NCBI GenBank assembly: GCA_016712525.1
Contig: JADJQX010000008.1
Location: 856,958-888,957, forward strand
Length of the DNA: 32,000 nt
DNA from: Myxococcales bacterium
GTDB taxonomy: Bacteria; Myxococcota_A; Polyangia; Polyangiales; Polyangiaceae
Direction of reading: 5' to 3'
Part shown: positions 7,854 to 16,304 of the stretch, piece by piece
Numbering within the stretch: position 1 is the first letter of the stretch
Layout of the letters: every line of letters begins with the position of its first letter
The notes under the pieces: generated by a model
The model's database searches: none
What the model was told of the DNA's origin: nothing
What the model saw: the letters and a program-made list of their open reading frames with translations, nothing else
Program-made: the position numbers and the translations under genes

Positions 7854-10205
7854 ATGCGGCCCGTGAGCTCGCTCTCGCCGCTCGTCGTGCACGGAAAGCT
7901 CCTGTGGGAATCGGTCGTGGCGCTCGCCTGCGTCGCGGGGATCGTGGCCGCGTGGCTGCTTCCGCGGCGCGCCCGGCGCCGGAGGGCCGCGGCGATCCGT
8001 GCGGGCCTCGGCGGGGGGACGTCGAGCCTGGCGCCTCCGTCGCCCGAGAAGCTCGTCGTGGTGTCGGGAAAGGTAGTCAAAGCATCGGGCTCACCCGAGA
8101 AGAAGCTCGCCGCCGCGACCCTCGTCCCGGCGGCGATGGCGTTCGCCGAAGAGGGCTCGAAGAGCGCCCATACCGCCACGGCGGCCGGTGAGCCGCTCGT
8201 CTTGGAGGTGGGCGGCGCGCACGTCGCGCTCCACGGGGACGTGCAAATCCTCGTGGGCTCACGCGAGTCCGGCCGAGGCCTCGCGCGACGACGAGCGCAC
8301 CGCGCCCTCGAGGACCTCGCGAGCCAGCTCGAAGGCAAGACCCGGGACGGGCTCGCGCTGCGCACGCTCCACACGGGCGACCTCGTCAGAGCTCAAGGAA
8401 TCCTCCGGCACACCCCGAGCGAGACGGGCGCCGAGTCCTACCGGGTCGCCGCGTCCGCGTACACGTTGAGCCCGAGCGAGGAGGGCAACCACCCCGGCAT
8501 CGTCCCCGTCGCGTTCGAAGGCGCCCCGTCGCCGCTCGAACAATCGCGGCCCGAGGTCGTAGGGCGCGTGCTCGCCTTCCCGGCCCTCGCGTTCGTCGCC
8601 CTCGCCGCCGTCGGGGAGCTCGCGATGCACTCGGCGCCGTCGAGCCCGGGGGTCGCGACGATCGCCGCCGCGACCCCGCTCCGAAGGTTCGAAGCCCTCG
8701 CCGCGCTGCGCGCCCAGACGAGCCTCTCCGCTTCCCCGAGCGATGCGACCTTGAGGGACCAAGCCTCTCTCGACACCCTCCGAGGCTTCTACGGCATGGC
8801 CTCGGACGACTACGCGCGCGCGAACCGACCCGACGAGGCCGCAAAGATCGCAGCGCACTACGGAGATCCCTTTCGTGTGGCGCGCGCGCGCTTCGTGAAC
8901 GGAGAGATCTCCGAGTCGGCCCGTGCCTTCGCGAGCGCCCGCGCGCGTGATCCCAAGCTCCCCATCACGATCTCCGAGGTGACAGCGTACGTTCTCACCG
9001 ACGATTTCGAGCGCGCAGCGACGGGTGCGCACGCGCTGCTCGCCAACTGGGACGGCCCCAAGGGCTCGCAAGACGAGCTCCAGTGCATCGTCGACGCGAT
9101 CGACCACCGCGCCGGAGGCAGCCACGACACGGGCGCGCTCGAACGCCACGCGCGCGAGGGAGCGACGCGGGTCCCCTGCACGCTGCTCATGCTCGATCTC
9201 CGCGATGGGACCGAGGGCGCATCCGGCGACGACACGCTGTCGGAGCTCCGCTCGGACCCCCGCGTTCGGAGGTACCTCGAGCCACTCACCCCTGGCAGGT
9301 TCGGCAGTTGCACCTTCCCTGCGAGCGACATCTTGGGCTGCTGGGACGCGAGCGACGCCTTCGGGCCGGGCATGATCACCGATCCGAAAGCGATCGCCTT
9401 CTACCTTCCGCAGGCGCTCGCGCTCCAGGCCTTCCAGCACACACTCTCGGAGGTATCGAGTCACGGTTGGCTGGGCGCGGACATGGCGTTGGCCGCCTCC
9501 TTGTACGCCGCCACGCGCACCTTCCTCGGTGACGTCGAGGGCGCACTGACCATCCTCGACGTGGCGGGCCGCGCCTTCGCGCCCCTTGCAAGACGTGCAG
9601 AGCTGGAAGAGCGCCGCCGCGCTTCGCTCGACCCGCCCCAGGATCCACACTTCCCTCACGATCCGCGCGACGGCCTCGACCTGATTCGGAGCACACGGGC
9701 CGCGGTTCTGCTTCGAAGCGGTCGAGCTCGGGACGCGCTCCGTTTGCAGCCTTCCGGAATGGCCGCAAGGTTCTCGACCCTCGCGCACGTCATGGGGGCC
9801 TACGACCCGAGCGAGCAACGTGAGCTGGCCGAACGCGACGACCGCGAGCTCAACGCCAAGCTCTGGAACGCCGCCTACACGGGAGACGGGACCGTTCTCG
9901 TAGACGCCCTTCGGGCAGGCGAGGGCGACGGACGGGGCGTGGTGGACGTGGTGGCGTGGCACATCCCGAGCGGGCGCGCGGCCCTCGCGTCGTGGGTTCG
10001 GTATGAGTACCCCGCGCCCTGCTCGACGTGTGGTCTCTATCCCCTCATGAACAGCCTCGGCTCACGCCTCGACGCCGCGCACGCGACCGGCGACGAGGCC
10101 ACCGTGCGCGAGCTCGACGCCGTCCGGGTGCGCCTCGACCCGTACCTCGCGCGCCGCCAGGACGCGCTGCTCGTCCACTTCTTGAGCCTCCTTTCGCCAC
10201 CCTAA
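7854..10205 (+). CDS. Large membrane protein of unknown function, paralog A (783 aa). Layout: TM1, ~200-aa beta-rich module, TM2, ~520-aa helical Cys-containing domain.
   Basis: Long ORF with high third-position GC. Hydrophobic segments are WESVVALACVAGIVAAWLL (followed by RRARRRR) and VLAFPALAFVALAAVGELAM. Conserved as a second copy 2590 bp downstream. No family recognised by eye. Confidence 0.8.
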   Translation: MRPVSSLSPLVVHGKLLWESVVALACVAGIVAAWLLPRRARRRRAAAIRAGLGGGTSSLAPPSPEKLVVVSGKVVKASGSPEKKLAAATLVPAAMAFAEEGSKSAHTATAAGEPLVLEVGGAHVALHGDVQILVGSRESGRGLARRRAHRALEDLASQLEGKTRDGLALRTLHTGDLVRAQGILRHTPSETGAESYRVAASAYTLSPSEEGNHPGIVPVAFEGAPSPLEQSRPEVVGRVLAFPALAFVALAAVGELAMHSAPSSPGVATIAAATPLRRFEALAALRAQTSLSASPSDATLRDQASLDTLRGFYGMASDDYARANRPDEAAKIAAHYGDPFRVARARFVNGEISESARAFASARARDPKLPITISEVTAYVLTDDFERAATGAHALLANWDGPKGSQDELQCIVDAIDHRAGGSHDTGALERHAREGATRVPCTLLMLDLRDGTEGASGDDTLSELRSDPRVRRYLEPLTPGRFGSCTFPASDILGCWDASDAFGPGMITDPKAIAFYLPQALALQAFQHTLSEVSSHGWLGADMALAASLYAATRTFLGDVEGALTILDVAGRAFAPLARRAELEERRRASLDPPQDPHFPHDPRDGLDLIRSTRAAVLLRSGRARDALRLQPSGMAARFSTLAHVMGAYDPSEQRELAERDDRELNAKLWNAAYTGDGTVLVDALRAGEGDGRGVVDVVAWHIPSGRAALASWVRYEYPAPCSTCGLYPLMNSLGSRLDAAHATGDEATVRELDAVRVRLDPYLARRQDALLVHFLSLLSPP
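8403..9178 (+). repeat. Near-identical core of the tandem duplication (copy 1). It matches 10993-11768 at roughly 98% with perfect runs of ~212, ~147 and ~191 bp.
   Basis: Base-by-base comparison at a fixed offset of 2590 bp. Only scattered single mismatches were found (e.g. 8615, 8653, 8801, 8987, 9179), plus a small cluster around 8810-8920. Confidence 0.9.
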
Positions 10206-10269
10206 GGCTCTCCCAACCATTAGATATCAACACACATTCTGCACCTTCATCGAGCGCGGCACGTGGGTC

Positions 10270-10400
10270 GTCCCTGCCGGCACGGTCTCCTCGAGGCGCG
10301 CGCTAGAGTCGAGACAGAGGCCCTCTCGGGCATCTCGAACCACGTGTCGGCCATCGAGCTCGAGCTCTCGAAGCTCGCCCACGAGACCCACGCGGCGTCG
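10270..10400 (+). pseudogene. Decayed internal fragment of a second copy of the small gene at 7326-7781
   Basis: 10331-10393 aligns to 7562-7624 at ~79% nt identity and in frame (GISNHVSAIELELSKLAHETHAA vs AISHDVKDVELEFTKLSHETDAE). Upstream, LLEARARVETEAL aligns with LELRKVKGLDTEAI. The TM-encoding 5' end and ~180 bp of the 3' end are missing. The conserved GGGAACAAAAGG box follows in both copies. Confidence 0.55.
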
Positions 10401-10443
10401 CGGTGGTGGCGCTCCGGGAACAAAAGGTCTGCGCCGGGCGTCG

Positions 10444-12906
10444 ATGGGCCCCATGGGCTCACTCTCGCCGCTCGTGGTTCACGGAAAGCTCGTGTGGGAA
10501 TCGGTCGTGGCGCTCGCGTGCGTCGCGGGGATCCTGGCGGCCTGGCTCCTTCCGCGTCGCGCCTTTCGCCGGCGGGCCGAGGCGATCCGCGCGAGCCTCG
10601 GAGAGCCCACGTCGAGCCTCGCACCATCGTCGGCTGAGAAGCTCGTCGTGGTGTCGGGTAAGGTAGTCAAGGTCTCCGGATCACCCGACGAAAAGCTCGC
10701 CGCCGCGACCCTCGTCCCGGCGGCGATGGCGTTCGCGGAGGAGGGCTCGAAGCGCGCGCGCACGGCCACGGCGGCCGGCGAGCCGCTCGTCCTCGATGTC
10801 GGGGGTGCGCACGTCGCGCTCCACGGGAACGTGCAAGTTCTCGTGGGCTCGCGCGAGTCCGGGAAGGGGGTCGAGAAACGCCGCGCGCACGTCGCGCTGT
10901 GGGAGCTCGCGAGCCAGCTCGAAGGCAAGACCGAGGACGGCCTCGCGCTACGGACGCTCCACGCCGGCGATCTCGTCAGGGCGCAGGGCGTGCTCCGGCA
11001 CACCCCGAGCGAGACGGGCGCCGAGTCCTACCGGGTCGCCGCGTCCGCGTACACGTTGAGCCCGAGCGAGGAGGGCAACCACCCCGGCATCGTCCCCGTC
11101 GCGTTCGAAGGCGCCCCGTCGCCGCTCGAACAATCGCGGCCCGAGGTCGTAGGGCGCGTGCTCGCCTTCCCGGCCCTCGCGTTCGTCGCCCTCGCCGCCG
11201 TCGGCGAGCTCGCGATGCACTCTGCGCCATCGAGCCCGGGGGCCGCGACGATCGCCGCCGCGACCCCGCTCCGAAGGTTCGAAGCCCTCGCCGCGCTGCG
11301 CGCCCAGACGAGCCTCTCCGCTTCCCCGAGCGATGCGACCTTGAGGGACCAAGCCTCTCTCGACACCCTCCGAGGCTTCTACGGCATGGCTTCGGACGAC
11401 TACGCGCTCGCGAACCGGCCCGACGAGGCCGCAAAGATCGCCGCGCGCTACGGGGACTCGTTCCGCGTGGCGCGCGCGCGCTTCGTGAACGGCGAGATCG
11501 CCGAGTCGGCCCGTGCCTTCGCGAGCGCCCGCGCGCGTGATCCCAAGCTCCCCATCACGATCTCCGAGGTGACAGCCTACGTTCTCACCGACGATTTCGA
11601 GCGCGCAGCGACGGGTGCGCACGCGCTGCTCGCCAACTGGGACGGCCCCAAGGGCTCGCAAGACGAGCTCCAGTGCATCGTCGACGCGATCGACCACCGC
11701 GCCGGAGGCAGCCACGACACGGGCGCGCTCGAACGCCACGCGCGCGAGGGAGCGACGCGGGTCCCCTGTACGTTGCTCGAGCTCGACCTCCGCGACGGGA
11801 CGCGAAAGGCCGGAGAGGGCACCACCTTGGACCTGCACGTGCTCGGGCTGGGCCCGGACGAGAGGGTGCGGCGGTACCTCCCCGCGCTCGACAGAAAGCA
11901 GGCCTCCAAGGGGTGCGCCTACGGGCACTGCTTCCTCGAGTCGAACGCGAGCGCGTTCTTCACCGATCCGAGGCGAGCGGCGTTCGAGCTCCCACAACCG
12001 TTGAGCCTCGAGCTCTACCGCGAGGCCCGGAAGGACGCCGCCTCGGGGGAAGCGAAGCAGCTCGCCGAGCTCTCCGCCGCTGCGACGACCTACGCCGCCG
12101 CGCGTGCGTTCGTCGGGGACGTCGACGGCGCGCTCGGCATCCTCGACGAGACCGAGCGGATCCTCGCGCCGCGCGCGAAGCGGTCGTACACCGACGACCA
12201 GCGCGCCGAGTGGGAGTCCCGCATGTGGCGCGTGGGCACGAGCGACGACTGGGACGTCCGTCAGCGCCAGATCGAGGCCGAAGAGGCGCGCCTCCGCAAG
12301 ACCTACGACCCCGACCGCGACGCCGCCGAGCGCGCCGCCGAGGTGCACCTTCGGCAGGCTCGTGCGGCACGCGCCGGCGTCTTGCTCCGACGAGGCCGCG
12401 CGGTCGAGGCCCTCGCCGCGCACCCGAAGTACGAGACCAGCCTTCGAGCCTCCGAACCGACCGACGCCCTCTTCGGCACGTTCGCGAGGGCCGTCGGCGC
12501 CTTCGACCCTTCGTCGCAACGTCAGCTCGCCGCGGACGACGGCCGCGAGCTCAACACGAAGCTCTGGAACGCCGCCTACACGGGAGACGGGGCCGTCCTC
12601 GTGGACGCGCTCCGGGCGAGCGAGGGGGACGGACGAGGCATCGTCGACGTCGTCGGGTGGAACATGCCACGCGGGCGCGAGGCCCTCGCCACGTGGGTTC
12701 GGTACGAGTACCCGGCCCCCTGCTCGACGTGCGGCCTCTACCCCCTCATGAACAGCCTCGGCTCACGCCTCGACGCCGCGCACGCGACCGGCGACGAGGC
12801 CACCGCGCGCGATCTCGACGCCGTCCGTGCCCGCCTCGACCCGTACCTCGCTCGGCGCGACGACGCGCTGCTCGTGCACTTCTTGAGCCTCCTCTCGCCC
12901 CCTTAA
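10444..12906 (+). CDS. Large membrane protein of unknown function, paralog B (820 aa), tandem duplicate of 7854-10205
   Basis: Same architecture and start context as paralog A. N-terminal 445 aa and C-terminal ~120 aa are highly similar. The middle ~250-280 aa is strongly diverged and 37 aa longer. Confidence 0.8.
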   Translation: MGPMGSLSPLVVHGKLVWESVVALACVAGILAAWLLPRRAFRRRAEAIRASLGEPTSSLAPSSAEKLVVVSGKVVKVSGSPDEKLAAATLVPAAMAFAEEGSKRARTATAAGEPLVLDVGGAHVALHGNVQVLVGSRESGKGVEKRRAHVALWELASQLEGKTEDGLALRTLHAGDLVRAQGVLRHTPSETGAESYRVAASAYTLSPSEEGNHPGIVPVAFEGAPSPLEQSRPEVVGRVLAFPALAFVALAAVGELAMHSAPSSPGAATIAAATPLRRFEALAALRAQTSLSASPSDATLRDQASLDTLRGFYGMASDDYALANRPDEAAKIAARYGDSFRVARARFVNGEIAESARAFASARARDPKLPITISEVTAYVLTDDFERAATGAHALLANWDGPKGSQDELQCIVDAIDHRAGGSHDTGALERHAREGATRVPCTLLELDLRDGTRKAGEGTTLDLHVLGLGPDERVRRYLPALDRKQASKGCAYGHCFLESNASAFFTDPRRAAFELPQPLSLELYREARKDAASGEAKQLAELSAAATTYAAARAFVGDVDGALGILDETERILAPRAKRSYTDDQRAEWESRMWRVGTSDDWDVRQRQIEAEEARLRKTYDPDRDAAERAAEVHLRQARAARAGVLLRRGRAVEALAAHPKYETSLRASEPTDALFGTFARAVGAFDPSSQRQLAADDGRELNTKLWNAAYTGDGAVLVDALRASEGDGRGIVDVVGWNMPRGREALATWVRYEYPAPCSTCGLYPLMNSLGSRLDAAHATGDEATARDLDAVRARLDPYLARRDDALLVHFLSLLSPP
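10993..11768 (+). repeat. Near-identical core of the tandem duplication (copy 2), matching 8403-9178
   Basis: See copy 1. The offset is exactly 2590 bp. Confidence 0.9.
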
Positions 12907-13011
12907 GGATGCTCGCAAATACATGATTTAATTCGTACTTATCCCATTGCGAGAACACTCGACGCGACGCGTTGGGTTGCCCTCCGAGCCGAGATTCGAT
13001 AACCCGCGGCG

Positions 13012-14550
13012 ATGCTCCACGTACCCGAGACCTCGAGCTGGTCCAACGTCGCCGTCCGCGCCCGCGCCCTCTGCCCCGAGGCGTTCCAAGGCGAGCGGCT
13101 GCTCAACCTCATCGACGGCGCGTGGGGGCACCCGGGCAGCCCGAGCCGCTTCTTCTCCCCGAACGACGGCACCGAGCTCTACGCCCTCCCGATGATCGAC
13201 CTCGCGACGGCCTCGGCGGCCGTGAAGTCGGCGCACAAGGAGCAATCGGCCTGGGGCGAGCTCCCGTACCACGAGCGGCGGCGCAGGGTCGAGGCGGTGC
13301 TCGCGGATCTCCAGCAGAACCGAGAGCTGCTCGCCCTCACGCTCGCGTGGGAGATCGGCAAGCCGATGCGCCTCGCCGAGAGCGACGTCGACCGCTGCAT
13401 CGACGGCGTGCGGTGGTACCTCGACGAGGCCGAGGTCATGAGCGCCGGCCGAGCACCCCTCGGGCTCATCTCGAACATCGCGTCGTGGAACTACCCGATG
13501 AGCGTGCTCATGCACGCGGTGCTGGTTCAGGTGCTCGTGGGCAACGCCGCCATCGCCAAGACCCCCACGGACGGCGGCGCGTTCACGCTCACGATCGCGT
13601 TCGCGCTCGCGCGGCGCCACGGGCTCCCGGTCTCGCTCGTGAGCGGGAGCGGGGGTCGGCTCTCGGAGGCCCTCGTGCGCCACGAGTCGATCGAGTGCCT
13701 CGCGTTCGTCGGCGGCAAGGCCAGCGGGCGCGACATCGCGACGAGCCTCGTCGATCGCGGCAAGCGCCACATGCTCGAGATGGAGGGCCTCAACGCCTGG
13801 GGCATCTGGGACTACACCGACTGGCCCGCGCTCATGAAGATCCTGAAGAAGGGCTTCGAGTACGGGAAGCAGCGCTGCACCGCGTACCCGCGGATCGTGA
13901 TCGAGCGCCGCCTCTTCCCGCGGTTCCTCGAGCACTACCTCCCGATGCTCGCGAGCCTCAAGTTCGGGCACCCGCTCGCCGTCGAGAAGGCCGGCGACCC
14001 GTACCCCGATCTCGACTTCGGCCCGCTCATCAACGCGAAGAAGGTCGAGGAGCTGCTCGCCCTCACGTCGTCGGCGATCTCGGGCGGCGCCGTCGCCCTC
14101 TTCGAGGGGCGCATCGACTCGGCGCGCCTCCTCTCGGGCCAAGATACGTCGTCGTACTTCGCGCCGGTCTCGCTGCTCGGCGTGCCCCGCGGCAACGCCC
14201 TCTACCACGCCGAGGCGTTCGGCCCGATCGACAGCCTCGTGCCGGTGACCACGAAGGACGAGCTCGTCGCCGAGATGAACGTGTCGAACGGCTCGCTCGT
14301 CGCCAGCATCGCCTCGGACGACGACGCCGTCGCCAAGCGCCTCGCCTCGCAGGTGCGCGGGTTCAAGGTCGGCGTGAACAAAATCCGCAGCCGAGGAGAC
14401 CGCGACGAGGCCTTCGGTGGCATCGGCGAGTCGTGGCGCGGCTCGTTCGTCGGCGGCAAGTACCTCGTGCTCGCCGTCACCGTCGGAGAGAAGGACGAGC
14501 GCCTCTTCGGAAACTTCGACGACTACACCCAGCTCCCTTCGGTTCGCTGA
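13012..14550 (+). CDS. Aldehyde dehydrogenase family protein (divergent member)
   Basis: 512 aa. WNYP (NAD-binding region), AFVGGKASGRDI (like F.TGST.VG), LEMEGLNA at the catalytic-Glu position, GKQRCTA (catalytic Cys), EAFGPI, and AFGGIGESWRGSFVG (like PFGG.K.SG.G) all follow the ALDH superfamily order. Confidence 0.88.
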   Translation: MLHVPETSSWSNVAVRARALCPEAFQGERLLNLIDGAWGHPGSPSRFFSPNDGTELYALPMIDLATASAAVKSAHKEQSAWGELPYHERRRRVEAVLADLQQNRELLALTLAWEIGKPMRLAESDVDRCIDGVRWYLDEAEVMSAGRAPLGLISNIASWNYPMSVLMHAVLVQVLVGNAAIAKTPTDGGAFTLTIAFALARRHGLPVSLVSGSGGRLSEALVRHESIECLAFVGGKASGRDIATSLVDRGKRHMLEMEGLNAWGIWDYTDWPALMKILKKGFEYGKQRCTAYPRIVIERRLFPRFLEHYLPMLASLKFGHPLAVEKAGDPYPDLDFGPLINAKKVEELLALTSSAISGGAVALFEGRIDSARLLSGQDTSSYFAPVSLLGVPRGNALYHAEAFGPIDSLVPVTTKDELVAEMNVSNGSLVASIASDDDAVAKRLASQVRGFKVGVNKIRSRGDRDEAFGGIGESWRGSFVGGKYLVLAVTVGEKDERLFGNFDDYTQLPSVR

Positions 14551-14608
14551 GCGCGGGCGGCTCGGGCGCGAACGAGGCTGGCAACGATCCGGCGTCACGC
14601 CCCCCGCG

Positions 14609-14631
14609 CCCTCGGCTCACCTCGCCGAGGG
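14609..14631 (+). terminator. GC hairpin downstream of the aldehyde dehydrogenase gene (possible terminator, no U-tract)
   Basis: CCCTCGGC (14609-14616), loop tcacctc, GCCGAGGG (14624-14631): a perfect 8-bp stem ~60 nt after the stop codon. No T-run follows. Confidence 0.3.
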
Positions 14632-14819
14632 ACGGCGCGCGTCGTGGCGCCCCCACCTGGAGAGAAGACTACTCCTTTCGGCCACTTGCGCGTGCGTCGT
14701 GACGTCCGATCGACCTCAGCCGTTGAACCGGATCGGGGAGTACCCAGGTCGGCCGATAATTCGCACGCCCCGACCCGAGCCCGCTACCATCGTTCGAGAA
14801 GGCCCTCGCTCGTTCTCCC

Positions 14820-16214
<1,395 letters not shown>

Positions 16215-16304
16215 GGGCGGCATCGGTCCTCGCACGCACGACCGACCGCTGGACGAACGATCCTGTTGCGGATCCGTGCGCGGCCATCTACGGAGGGCAT
16301 ACCC

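Noticed and set aside
8259-9962. 567-aa minus-strand ORF (and its twin at 10948-12519) antisense to the paralog genes
   Set aside because: These are shadow ORFs of the plus-strand genes: Arg/Gly/Glu-rich low-complexity translations. The plus frames have the strong third-position GC bias, TM helices and a conserved start context.
7450-12935. Duplicated block as a mobile element or IS-mediated composite
   Set aside because: No transposase or integrase ORF, no terminal inverted repeats and no target-site duplications were seen. The structure is a simple head-to-tail duplication of chromosomal genes.
12928-14702. 556-aa minus ORF (12928-14598) and 576-aa plus ORF (12972-14702) overlapping the aldehyde dehydrogenase gene
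   Set aside because: Only the 13012-14550 frame contains the ordered ALDH motifs. The other two are Arg/Pro-rich shadow frames.
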